A stretch of DNA of 64,000 nt from Octopus vulgaris (Eukaryota). The DNA lies in assembly GCA_951406725.2 (NCBI GenBank), contig OX597815.1:42842001-42906000 (forward strand), given 5' to 3'. Both the position numbers and the translations under genes were made by a program. Below the pieces are notes generated by a model. The model had not been told where the DNA came from and made no database searches. It saw nothing but the letters and a program-made list of their open reading frames with translations. Within the stretch, counting starts at the first letter, position 1. Every line of letters starts with the position of its first letter. Shown here piece after piece: positions 1 through 12,731 of this stretch.

Positions 1-183
1 TTCATACAAACGCAGAAGACAGACGGCAACACTATTAATTCTACTGCATTTACCTGAAGCAATCTTCTTTATCTTTAAGGAAATATGTTGCTCTATTGTT
101 ACTACGTTTTATTTTATTTATTTCTACTTTAGCTCTTTACTCTGTTGTTGCATTTGTTTTTGGTGTTGATGTTGATATTTTCG

Positions 184-188
184 TCGTC

Positions 189-246
<58 letters not shown>

Positions 247-286
247 TTATTATTATTGTTGTTGTTTTTGTTGTTGTTGTTGGTGG

Positions 287-320
<34 letters not shown>

Positions 321-355
321 GTTGTTGTTGTTGTTGTTATTTTTGTTGTTGTTGG

Positions 356-396
<41 letters not shown>

Positions 397-431
397 GTAG
401 TAGTAGTAGTAGTAGTAGTAGCAGCAGCAGC
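184..431. repeat. Compound (TTA)n/(TTG)n/(TAG)n/(CAG)n microsatellite
   Basis: Directly visible trinucleotide runs; source of the poly-I/L ORFs. Confidence 0.95.
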
Positions 432-1370
432 ACAGTAGTATTATTTTAGTTATAGCTATTGTTTCCGGACGTTATTGTCTAAAGGTGTATTTTGATATTG
501 CTCATGTTATATGTGTTGTCTTTTTCTAACATAAGGTAGATTTGTCGAATATCATTTTATTGTTAATACATTGTGCTAAGAGGAAAGCTGGATTGTTCTA
601 AATCTGTTTCCAAAGAGGGAAAGAACATTGTTTATTTGTTGTTTGCCATTTGTTTCTGCTGTGAAAGCAACAATTATTTTTCAGCATACCTACTTCAGTG
701 GTGATCGTGAGAGCGTTTTCTATAACGATCGTAGCTGCTTTCATTTCTCGGTGGAAGAGCGAAGACAAAACAAATCCAATTTATGTACAAACATTAATAC
801 AAGTTAAGAGTATCAATACTTACACCGTGAGATATGCAAAATATAAACGGTAGACAAATATACCAACAATAATAACAGTAGAAACACCCACAACAATATT
901 AACAACAGTAAACTTCCCAAAAATAGCTACCAAAATAAAAGCATGTTTAAATTTGCAATCTCAAAAGTAGTTTTTGGGTCGACATCACCATGGTGGCTTA
1001 AATTCACCTTGATTACTTAAGCTCAGATAAAATAATGTGTTAAAAACGATGAACATATTTCAATTCTTCAGAGTTGATATAACCGACTTAACCCCTTCCC
1101 CCGAACTAACTGGCATTGTGCCAAAAATTTCAAACCAATGTTTGAAATTGTGGAATAGAAGCAAATGTCACGTCGAGGATACTCTTTTGCCTCATGAACT
1201 AAGAACGTGAGACAATATATAGGCTATATGAAGGAGTTCCACTTGTTCTTTAGCTAGATTCTCATATAGAAATAACAAAGGCGAAATCTGGTTGGTGTAA
1301 ACTTATATTTTAGTTTTTTGTTTATAGAGTAAACATTTGATATGTGTGTGCATATATGTGCGTATATATA

Positions 1371-1414
<44 letters not shown>

Positions 1415-2697
1415 CGCGTGTGTGTGCGTGTTTCGGAGAACTTGTAAAGGAAACCATGAGCAAGAATGGGGAGTGAACAAAAATGAACTAATTTTCGCGA
1501 TATTAGTTATACTAAAACTCTGATACCAAATACATCTTCTAATGCAAATTCCGAGCAGTAAGAATGTGAGACTATTGATGTAAGATGAAAAACAATGATT
1601 TTCCCATCACTAGTGATAAAGCCGATGTGAAGGCATTCTTCCATGAAAAAAAAGAAAAATTTGAAAAAATGCAAGAAAAAAGGACAGCTTCCAAAAGTTA
1701 TAAATAATTAATACATGAAAACCAACATTAACAAGTTGAACAAAATTTCAAAACAAAAGCGTGGAGGAAACCTTTTGGCTACTGAAGACAGAACTTCTAC
1801 CTAACTCAATTGCTAAATAAACTGAAATAGGGTAATATCTACATTTTCTGCAGTAATACTACTAATTGTTGAAACGAGAAGATCAGCGGAACAGCGGCAT
1901 TAAATCAGGGGCAATAAAGATGAACAATAATCATGGTTGAAATAGCGCTGAAATTACGTCTCAAAGCAAAAGAGCTTGGCTACATGAAAAGCAACCATAA
2001 CCACAAGAACTTAAGCAAGAACAGAAAACCAAATAATTACTATCACAACCAAAACTTGAACAATAAACAACAAAATTATCGAGCGAAGTAAGAAGTCCAA
2101 GAGGTCGAAAGGACTCTAATAGACAAATTAATGGTCGGTTTCTTACAGACACGAAACACCAACCACTAACACTCATTTCGAGCTGAAGAGCTAACTGAAA
2201 GGAAAGGAAATAAAAGATAGTCTCGCAATCAGTCTTTCCTCGATAGGTTAATGTTTTATAATTTAATCAGAGGAGAAAGCGGAGTGTTCATTATCTTTTG
2301 CTGGATCTCCAAGATTGGTCGTAGCATGGAGAGCTACGTAAGAAGACAAACTTGCCCTCATACAGAAAGCAACAGTACGAACTCCACTGAAGAAAGGAAA
2401 GGGCCTGAGTGTGATGTTAAACTGAATGACTGATACAGTCGACTCCAGGCAGTTCGATAATAAGTAGTGTTCATATGATCGGTTTCTTATAGTTGCTGTC
2501 TACCTAACTCCTCTCGGAAAGCTCGAGTGGCCTCAAGGCGTTTACATATGGTACTGCTAGTGGGATTGAACGTGAAATGGTGTAGTTATGAGGCAAACTT
2601 CTTAACAGGGATCATACCTCTGTATATTCTGCATTCATTTTTATCTGGTAATATGCTTCTATTGTTTGCACGTGTAACTATAATGATAGTATTACTA

Positions 2698-3270
2698 AGG
2701 CTGCGAGCAGGCAGAATCGTTAGCACATCGGGGAATATGGTTAGCAGCATTTCGACCATCTTAGCGACCTGGGTTCAAATTCCGCCGAGGTCGATTTTGC
2801 CTTTCATCTTTTTGGGATCGATAAAATGAGTTGAACACTAAGGTCAATGTAATCGACCTACATCCTTCCTCGGTATTGCTGGCCTTGTACTGAAATCGAT
2901 ATTATTGAGGCGGCAAGCTGTCATAATCGTTAGCACACTGGACAAAATACCTAGCGTCAATTCTTACGAGTCTTTATATTTTGAGTTCAAATACCGCCGA
3001 AGTTGGCCTTGCCTTTCAGCATTCCTGGGTTGATAAAATAAGTATTACTAAGTTCGATGTAATCGACGTCCCCTTAACTTAAAATATTTGTCTTGTACCA
3101 AGAGTTAGAAAGAATTATTAAGGTGACGAGCTGGTGAGAGCATTTTACAAAGTAGCAGTATTTCTTCCGGCTTCACGTTCTTGCTTCATATTCGGCCGAG
3201 TTGAGAAGTGGGGTCCATGAAATAGATTAGCTCTCTCCATCACGGTTTCAAGCCTTATGCTAACATTTTA
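2698..3270 (+). mobile_element. Three tandem diverged tRNA-derived SINE copies (family B, Meta-SINE-like core)
   Basis: Repeated head aaggc-gcgagctggcagaatcgttagc, B-box gttcaaatt, core gcctttcatc-ttt-ggg-tcgataaaat-agt. Confidence 0.8.
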
Positions 3271-3301
3271 AAAGATGATTATTCTTCTCTATTGTGAATG
3301 A

Positions 3302-3345
<44 letters not shown>

Positions 3346-3349
3346 CATT

Positions 3350-3917
3350 ATTGAGTGAGAGAGCAGTGCATGCCATCAAAGTGACCCTTGGGTAAAAAAA
3401 TATGAAGCCCTGTATACCCATCGTGACTACCCGTCCTATAAGGATACACCAGGCACCTGCGTCAGAACCATATGTGCGTGATATGGTAGCCTTATATCAA
3501 GAGAAACAGTGCATAAACCTGCAGGTGTGGCCCAATTAGAATTTTCTTCTGGTCAAGTAGCTCATCCTGCTCAAAAGGTCCTTGACTAAGGGTTGTTTAA
3601 TGTTGTGGAAACGAAACACCCATGCTTCCAGCGGTGAATTATTTAAACCCCACATGATTTCCACTCAACACATTACTACGATGTTCCCCCACTACTTCTG
3701 CTCGTGATCAGAGATGCACATATCGTCAGCTGGTTAAGGTCAAACAACTGATAAACAAATTTGTGGTAATGAGCAGAATATTTGTTGTAGCCTATCTTTT
3801 ATACCAAGAGAAAACAATGTACATAACACTTCCAATCAGTTTAGATCAGAAGTCATGAAAGCCAGTGCCAGGTACTGCATCAAGGCATCAACCAGTGCTT
3901 GGTACTGCATCAGATCA
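3350..3917. mobile_element. ~570-bp non-coding element embedded in (TTA)n (family C), copy 1
   Basis: Starts attgagtgagagagcagtgcatgccatcaaagtg, ends ggtactgcatcag; homologous copies at 4100, 19224 and 20012, all beside (TTA)n. Confidence 0.85.
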
Positions 3918-3920
3918 TAT

Positions 3921-3975
<55 letters not shown>

Positions 3976-4043
3976 GATTCTGATTTTGATTTTGATTTTT
4001 CCAGTTTCAGCTAATGAGCTGTGGCCATGCTGGGGCACCGTAC

Positions 4044-4091
<48 letters not shown>

Positions 4092-4099
4092 CATCATTA

Positions 4100-4667
4100 T
4101 TGAGTGAGAGAGCAGTGCATGCCATCAAAGTGACCCTTGGGTAAAAAAATATGAAGCCCTGTATACCCATCGTGACTACCCGTCCTATAAGGATACACCA
4201 GGCACCTGCGTCAGAACCATATGTGCGTGATATGGTAGCCTTATATCAAGAGAAACAGTGCATAAACCTGCAGGTGTGGCCCAATTAGAATTTTCTTCTG
4301 GTCAAGTAGCTCATCCTGCTCAAAAGGTCCTTGACTAAGGGTTGTTTAATGTTGTGGAAACGAAACACCCATGCTTCCAGCGGTGAATTATTTAAACCCC
4401 ACATGATTTCCACTCAACACATTACTACGATGTTCCCCCACTACTTCTGCTCGTGATCAGAGATGCACATATCGTCAGCTGGTTAAGGTCAAACAACTGA
4501 TAAACAAATTTGTGGTAATGAGCAGAATATTTGTTGTAGCCTATCTTTTATACCAAGAGAAAACAATATACATAACACTTCCAATCAGTTTAGATCAGAA
4601 GTCATGAAAGCCAGTGCCAGGTACTGCATCAAGGCATCAACCAGTGCTTGGTACTGCATCAGATCAT
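4100..4667. mobile_element. Family C element, copy 2 (near-identical to copy 1)
   Basis: By-eye comparison with 3350-3917 shows one substitution (aaaacaatgtac vs aaaacaatatac). Confidence 0.9.
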
Positions 4668-4669
4668 AT

Positions 4670-4798
<129 letters not shown>

Positions 4799-6143
4799 CA
4801 TTGATAGTGTTTTATTATCTTTAGATATTTTCCTCATTGATTAACAATTTTTAATGAGGCTATTGTTGTTTATTACACCGTTTGTTAAATAGTTAATAGT
4901 CATGCTTAAAAAATAGTTGTTGCTTTTATGCTTTTACATCTGTTTCGAACTGAGAGCGATATAGTTAGCAGGCTGTCGTGATTTTTATGATGATCAATTG
5001 AAAACCTTCACTCGCCTTATATAAAAATTCATAAAATTCTTGGTCACGTAACACATCCACTGCATTAGTTATAACCTGTTATTTAAAGTATTATTTTCCC
5101 TAGTTGGAAGCATTTCCCAAATCCTATAAACTGGAGCTTATTGGTGCATAGCGCAAGGAAATAGAAAATTTCTCGACCAGAATTGTAGTGGAAGCATAAT
5201 TTATTGAATAGTAAGTTCGTAAAATAAACAATCTTCTGCTCCCAAGGGTGATTTGATCAACACTATGTGTAAAACTTTGGAAATTTGAATTCTAAGTGGG
5301 ATACTCATTTGATGTCAAAATTAACTGAGACATGCCTATAGTCGCCATCGCACTGCTTAAGACTAGATTCACTTCTCAAATTATTTAAGAGTCAATAAAT
5401 TTTAATTACTCTTAATTACACGGTTGTCTTACTGCCCTTACATTTTACCAGAATTAATTATTTAGATAATCAGTTCTTTTTACTAATAAAGATTTAGTGT
5501 CAATTGATTAAGATTTCTTCGCTTACTGCATTAAGTATAATATCGGTTAATTTACTAGTAATTTAGTTATAATTAATTGCCTAGCATACATCACTAAGTA
5601 AGGACAAAAAGCATAAACGTTGCAGCATCACACTTCAACGTTCTTGTCTGTCGAAGTAAGATAATAAATTTTACTTTACCAACCGTAAAATCTGATAGTT
5701 AATTTATACAATGGGTGTCAAAACGCTGTCTTTGCTTTAAAGAGGAATATATAACATTGTAAGACTTTTACGAGAAATATCGAGTGAGACACATGTCAGA
5801 TATATTTAACATTTCATGGATCTCACATTAGACTTGTTCTGCTGTTAATGATGAGTGTCATTCGTCGGAAAGTAGTTCCGGATGTGAAACATATTATCTA
5901 TTTTCACTATTGAGAATATTAAATATATAAATGTATGCATTCAACATGCATACATATGTATGCATGTATGTATGTATATAAGTATGTATGTATACATAAT
6001 GATTGCTTCATTTTGTCAGATGATAACTATTTCACATTCAGCCTGATTGTTCTGATTTACTTTCAAACTTTCATGTGCCTAGATATGACTTTACACGTTG
6101 CCACGCATCCATTGGTATTCGACTTTACAGAATACAAAACAGA

Positions 6144-6390
6144 TCAAGAAATGAAATTATACTGTAGGATCTGTAGGTCATTGGAGTTAAGTGGCAAAGG
6201 CTTGTTTAAGATTTTTGCCTGTTTATCAGCCACCATAGTAGGTTCCAGTGAGAAGCATTGCAAGATGACTATTACTATTTTGACGGCAAGTTTTATATCA
6301 GAGTATCTTTCTCCTAGAAGAGATAGTTTCCCAACAGCTTTGTCAAAAGTAATGGAAGATTCCACTGCCCCTGGGAAATCTGTTTAACCC
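6144..6390 (-). pseudogene. Probable decayed RTE-like LINE RT N-terminal fragment
   Basis: Translation ...ILQCFSLEPTMVADKQAKILNKPLPLNSNDLQILQYNFIS loosely resembles the region ending PLPKKGD...NYRGISL. Confidence 0.35.
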
Positions 6391-6816
6391 AAACCCAAGA
6401 CTCAGACAGATACTATCTTTTCGGGTCATAACTTATCTGGGAGAATTGGTAAATGAGTCACTCCACGATTCCCACAACGCCAGAATTCTTGAACTGGAGT
6501 TTCACATCTAGGTTCAGTTTAAAGTCAAACCCAGAAATATATAAATACAACATTTAATAACCAGTTTTTTCTTTGGAATTTTGTTGGGGTTGGTCATCTG
6601 GCCAGTTACATAAGTTACTAGGTAAACGTAACAGTTTTAAGTTGGACGTTCAAATTTACAGGTGTTTTCTTTTATTTGTGTATTTAATTCGACATTGTAC
6701 CAATTTACCTACGCTTTTGTGGGAAATGGGTTTCAGAGCACTCTTTGGATACTAGCGTCTGTCCACAAGAATAATTATTTCTTATCATCTTAGTGGCTTC
6801 GTATGAAACTGAAAAT

Positions 6817-7019
6817 TGTTGTTAGGAATTAGTAATACTGGAATACACCTCCCATGTAACGCATGGAATAACATAGTCATTATAAGTAATGAGAAGTACG
6901 TGAAGTACGAGAGTACGTAGCAGGCGGTCAGAAATAGTCGTATCTTTACTGGTTTTACTAAGTATTCTCTATACCGAAGTGAGTGTTATAAAAATCCAGC
7001 ATTTTTAAGGATCATAACA
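6817..7019 (+). repeat. 5' LTR
   Basis: tgttgttaggaatt...aaggatcataaca, homologous to 9461-9825 and followed by the PBS. Confidence 0.88.
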
Positions 7020-7124
7020 GTGGCGAAGAGGAGAAAGCAATTCACGTGGAGTTAGTAGAAACTCGAAGAGGAGTTAATAAACCCACAAAGCTGGTGTACA
7101 AATTGTACGAAAAATCGGAAAAGT

Positions 7125-8010
7125 ATGGAAAATTTGTTAGCAGGTTTGCTCAAGTGGCAAAAACAGCAGATACAACTGCATGAGCAACAACAGAAGCAAC
7201 GACAACAAATAATATTACAGCAATAAATGTTGTAAATACTAAAGTTATCAGAAAAAAACGTTCTCGATAACAGTGTTCAAATACAAACCAGATGAATGAG
7301 TTACCTTCGAGGCATACTACAGAAGATATGAGCAAATCTTTGATAAAGAATATAAAGATTGGGACGACACGGTGAACTCACGCTTTATCTTAAGAAAACT
7401 GGTGGCAGTAGAGCATGAGCGTTGCAGCAATTATGTACTCCCGAGAAAGCCTTTTGACATAAACATTAATGATACAATAAATATATTGTGTACATTTTTT
7501 AGGGAAATAAGCTAATTCTTCAATATACATTGGGAGTGTCTCAACATAGAGAAAAGAACGATGAGGAATACATATCATATGCTGGTAGAGTAAACAGGGA
7601 ATTTGAGAAGTTAAAGCTGGTCGAGCCAATGCCAGATATATTCAATTGCTTGATTTTTACACAGGGACTTACTGCAGAAAAAGATGCAGAAGTTAGAATT
7701 TGAATTCTCGCTAAGATGGAATAAAGCCAGGATGTAACCCTACAACAAGTATCAGAAGAATGTGAAAGGATAGTCAAATTAAGACACGACACAGAGGAAA
7801 ATGAACGTAAAGGCTGTTTCCAAGCAAAGCAAGTGCGAAATAGTTAGCATGGAGATAAAGTGTTTTCTAAAAACCTCGGCAAAAATCAGGAAATAAACCC
7901 ATGTTTTGCATGTGGAGCTATACACCTGAGGGAAAATTGTCCACTTAAGAAAACTGAGTGCTTTTGTTGTGGAAATATAGGACATATATAGACGCACAGT
8001 AGAACGAAAA
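7125..8010 (+). pseudogene. gag with two CCHC-type zinc knuckles (stops and frameshifts)
   Basis: PCFACGAIHLRENCPLKKTECFCCGNIGHI at ~7900-7990. Confidence 0.8.
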
Positions 8011-8069
8011 TGACAAAACTTCAGAGCCAAAGAAAAAGAATAAATAATATGTCATCAGAAGAAATTGGT

Positions 8070-8370
8070 AATACATCGATGAGGAAATTCGTGAAGGTGA
8101 AAATCGGAAATACAAGTGTTAAAATGCAGCTGGACACTGGTAGTAATTATCACCATTATAAACAAAAAACATTGAAGTACGTCGGTAGGCCGAAGTTAAT
8201 TAAATATAAAAAGGTAGCACATGGTATTACGGGGGAAAAGATTATATTTTTTCAGTGAATTCATACGCAATGTAACATTTCGAGATCAAACGAAAAAAGC
8301 TAAGATATATGTGTTAAAATGTTCACTTAATTTATTCGGTACAGAGTGGATAGAAGTATATTTTGTGTGG
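8070..8370 (+). pseudogene. Retroviral-type aspartic protease remnant
   Basis: VKVKIGNTSVKMQLDTGS ... NLFGTEWI. Confidence 0.85.
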
Positions 8371-8449
8371 AAATATAGTCGGTTCAGTCGAAGGTTCGAA
8401 TGAAGCCGAGGGACTGAAACAAAAACTTGCAGTAAAGCAGAGCGGAATA

Positions 8450-9200
8450 CCTGTATGTAAGCCAAAACAAAACGAAACTCTACCCACGATAAGAAGTAAA
8501 CATTGTTCAAAAATAGATGTTCCGTGGTCAAGAATACACATCAATGTTACCGGTCCTTTAAATGGTTCTTACTACTTAGTGGTAGTTGATAGCTTTTCGA
8601 AATGGCCTGAAATTTGTAAGAGTAAAAAACCAACCTCCTCAACTGTGATAAATTTTTACACGAATTGTTTGCGAGATTTGGCATCCCAGATGTGATATAA
8701 TAGTGTCTGACAATGGAACGCAATTTGTGTCTATTGAATTTTAAAGGTTTTGTGAAACGTTCACGGTAGAACATATAACTACGGCGCCATATCCTCACAG
8801 ATCTAACGGACAGGCAAAAGTGCTTTGTCGATACCTTCAGGAAATCCCTAAGAAAGTCAAATAAGGAAGTCACGAGTGAGGTAGCTCTACAACAATTTTA
8901 AAGAGTGTACCATGTGATACCAAATCCGAGTACACCAGTCGGTAGCTCGCCAGCGGAGCTAATGCTTTCAAGGAAAGTAAAATCAGTATTTGATAAATTA
9001 CTACCTGGCAAGAAAAGAAAAAGTACCAAGGAAGACGTAGCAAGATTCCTTAAAGTAGGTGAAAAGGAGTATATGAGGGCATATAAAAATGGAAAATAGA
9101 GTTGGGAAGATGGCATAATTATCAAATGTATAGGTAAAATGATGTATTGGGTAAAAAGTAGAAAAGGTATGCAAAAGAGATACAGGAACCAAGTGAAAAA
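8450..9200 (+). pseudogene. Integrase remnant
   Basis: PWSRIHINVTGPLNGSYYLVVVDSFSKWPEI; IVSDNGTQF; APYP..SNGQA; SPAELMLSRK. Confidence 0.9.
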
Positions 9201-9460
9201 GAGATTCGTGAAAAGTGAACCAAAGAAGTTGGAGGAACCGATGGAATGCTTGTAAGATACATTCCAAGAAGCAACGCCACTGCAGGTGATTGAACCCAGG
9301 CATACGAGAGGAAAAGAAAACATACTGAGTTCCTGAAAATAAATACCAAGCACTAAAAATATTAAATTTTACGAAAAAAACTCAAAAAAGTGAGGTGGGG
9401 TGAAGAAAAAATTATTGATAAATAAAATGACACTTCCTAAGAAAAACTTAAAAGGAGAAA

Positions 9461-9825
9461 TGTTGTAGGGAATTATTAATAATTGTAACCCCTCCTACGT
9501 GACGAATGGAATAACATAGTCATTATAAATAAAGAGAGATATATGAAGTACGAGAGTAAGTAGTAGGCGGAGGTCTTTAGCATCGCTTTCATATTATCAT
9601 TTTTTTCATTTAATAATTCATTCTTCATAAATTTAATTATAATGTTCTATGTCCCCAATGTTTTGTAATGTCCCTTCTGCATCGCCTCTTGTGGGTAATA
9701 AAAAAATCAAAAAAAAAAAAAAATCAGTAAGTAGTTAGAGATAGTCGTGTATTTACTAAGTTTACTAAGTATACTGTATACCTAAGTGGGCGTTATAATA
9801 ATCCAACATTTCTAAGGATATAACA
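9461..9825 (+). repeat. 3' LTR, interrupted by a polyA-tailed insertion at ~9571-9725
   Basis: tgttgtagggaatt...aaggatataaca; the insert ends gtgggtaataaaaaaatc(A)n; agtaagtagt occurs on both sides. Confidence 0.85.
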
Positions 9826-10304
9826 AAAAGATTGACACAATCTAGAATTGAAATACTAAATGTGTGTTACTAATAAAGTTATTTAAATCCTATTAGTACT
9901 TTCCTCTACCTATAAAAGTTCAAAAGTAAGTTAGATAATTTTAGATTTAGATGGAGCTTAGCAATGTTGATCATGATCCTTACATTCTCAAAAAGCTAGT
10001 TTAATTGCAAGAAAATCAAGATTATATGTTTGTATTTGAATTAACTTATCTGTAGTTGCTTGCTGACACCAATTCAATGACAGGCTAGTTATCACGTCCA
10101 CCATTAAAGACACAAATCTGATAATCTTAGATTAATCTGATAAGGTGAGAACGATTTTTTTGCATTGCTCATTAAAAAACTATTCACGAATTTCTGTACA
10201 TCTAGAAACTGACTAAATTCCATCAGTTTTAAATTATATATTTTAGTTCCTGAAAATTTTCTAGTGACATAGTTATTTCAAATTTTTTCCAAAAGAGAAG
10301 CTTG

Positions 10305-10676
10305 GGGGAAATGGGGATGAGTCGATTAAAGTAGGTGAAAAGGAGTATATGAGGGCATATATACTTATTTTATCGACCACGAAAGGAGGAAAAGCAAAGT
10401 CGACCTCGGCGAAATTTGAACCCAGAACGTAGCGATGGGCGAAATACCTATTTCTTTACTACCCACAAGGGGCTAAACACAGAAGCGACAGGCAAGGACA
10501 GATAAACGGATTAAGTCGATTATATCGACCCCAGTGCGTAATTGGTGCTTATTTAATCGACCCCGAAAGGATGAAAGGCAAAGTCGGCCGCGGCGGAATT
10601 TGAACTCAGAACGTAGCGGAAGACGAAATACCGCTAAGCATTTTGTCCAGCGCGCTAACGATTCTGCCAGCTCACC
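10305..10676 (-). mobile_element. Family B SINE (dimeric form)
   Basis: Reverse complement of the head and core seen at 2698 and 55684. Confidence 0.88.
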
Positions 10677-11186
10677 ATATTGTTTACTACTGAAATAATG
10701 ATAATAAAAGTATGGTAATTTTTGCTTATTTAGCAGTTGTTGTCCCTGTTGCGTGACACTGGTGGCGGCAATGATAGCAGTGGTGATGGTAGTGGTGGTG
10801 ATGGTAGTGATGGTGATGGTAGCGGTTGTGTTGGTAGTGGTGGAGATAGTAGTAGTGGTGATGGTAGTGATACTGCTGCTGTAGATGATATTCATGAATA
10901 TAAGAATAGTTCCTCACATTACTATAGCTAAAGAATATAGGAATTAAATAACATAAAACATAAAACATGACGGCTCTCGCCTACACATATATCATGCACT
11001 TTACTGTTTACGTCACTGCTCCATATTAGTCGTCACTTGAAAATTCTCAGCTATTACTGAAATGGGATTATCTAAAAGAAAGTCATTGAACTAAAACAAC
11101 AACACTAACAAGTTGATATGTACTATTTATTCTTATTTTGCTGATATTCAAAATTCTCTCTCTGAAGTGTAAAGTAAATAATTAAA

Positions 11187-11265
<79 letters not shown>

Positions 11266-11324
11266 CACATACACATGTACATATATATACATGTGTGCGT
11301 GTGCGTGTGTGTGTCTATATGTTT

Positions 11325-11610
11325 TAAATTATTCACCTTTTAGAGAGCTCCATATATGTTATATACTTAATAAAAATCATATTGCATTTATTGTAGCCAA
11401 GGGTATATATTGAAATTTGTTAGAAATAATTGTTATATACATGAATGTCAACGAAAAGCAATCAAAGCAATTTCGAATTTGTGGCTGAAACGTTCTGATA
11501 TATTTTTTTTTCAAAATAAGAATTTAAAATCGTTCAACAGTTATAGCGGATTCTGTGTATCGAATATTTAGTGATTAATTTCCAAACGTACAAATTTGAG
11601 TCACTTCCTC
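11325..11610 (+). repeat. Diverged repeat, inverted relative to 21905-22172 (possible long TIR)
   Basis: Shared blocks gagctccat, tgtagccaaggg, caatcaaagcaatttcgaa, tatagcggattctgtg. Confidence 0.8.
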
Positions 11611-12448
11611 ATAAGACTCCGTTCAGTATTATAAGCTCCCAAGTTAAGAATATTGCCGGGGCGATATTCTTAATTTGACACATTATTCATAATTTGTATT
11701 TCGTATTGTGCATCCTCAAATTGTGTATTTCACCGAGATGCATTCAGAAAATAGGAATGATTAATTTTATATTCTATTCTTTGGATATTGGGGCTTCAGA
11801 TTTGGATATTGCGGGTTTCTGTAGCTCAAATTTCATATCGCTCGCCTGGTATTGTGTTATATTATGAATGGATCTTCTGCAAATCTGCAATATCTGAGCT
11901 GTTAACTCTGTACTGAATGACGTTAAGGTATCATACATAATTTATGATGATGTCATCGTCCTTGGTTTGTGAAAACTGGATATAAAAAGCCAGTGGACGC
12001 AAGACTGGGATAACAACTGCGTAAAAAACTGTCAGTCAATACTAAACTCTGTACACAGTTACTTTTTGTAATATTTTATCGTTTAAATGCGTTGGTATTT
12101 TAATATTTGATTCGAGCAGAAGCTTTTGGTATCATAGTATGGAATCACCAACCTTCTTCCATCCATAGCAACTATTTTGACCATTTCAACACATTACCAT
12201 TTCACTATTCTACTATATATACATTTATTATAAGGGCTCAACAGTACTTAGGCACATCAACACGTAGGGCACCAGAAATGGCTAGGCACGATAATATAGA
12301 GTCCATAGTGAGGTAAACAACAATGAATGCATCATGTGTTGGTAGGAAACTGTAGAAATGTAAGTACCAAATCCAATTTAAACCGTAGATCCGACTCAGG
12401 GTTTGATTCCAAGTATGGCGCAGGTATAAAAAGAGAACACAAATGGCG

Positions 12449-12545
12449 TTTAAAATTTACGGCAGAAGTTTCGGTAGAATTTTATTGCTGCATTCATAGA
12501 TCACATTATAGTATACAGCACACCATCTTCAGGTAAAATCTTAAA
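12449..12545 (-). ncRNA. Type I hammerhead ribozyme-like motif, cleavage triplet GCC instead of NUH
   Basis: Minus strand: tttaagattttac CUGAAGA uggu..ugcuguau...augcagca..acc GAAAC uucu GCC guaaauuuuaaa; ~12-bp stem I with one bulge. Confidence 0.65.
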
Positions 12546-12668
12546 CAGATGATATTTCATAGATCGAAAATGACGAATCCAACGTTGTTGGATACTCCCC
12601 TCTCTCATTCTCTCGCTCACTCTCGCTCATTCTTACTCTCTTTGCGTGTGTATAATATATATATAAAT

Positions 12669-12731
<63 letters not shown>

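Larger units (their letters stand above)
6817..9825 (+). mobile_element. Ty3/Gypsy (Mag-like) LTR retrotransposon, decayed, RT-RNaseH deleted
   Basis: Two homologous TG...CA LTRs; PBS tggcgaagagga at 7021; purine tract aaaaggagaaa before the 3' LTR; gag knuckles CFACGAIH..C and CFCCGNIGH; protease MQLDTGS; integrase PWSRIHI..GPLNGSYYLVVVDSFSKWPE. Confidence 0.93.

Noticed and set aside
1440-2460. A-rich LINE-like remnant
   Set aside because: No diagnostic motif recoverable by eye
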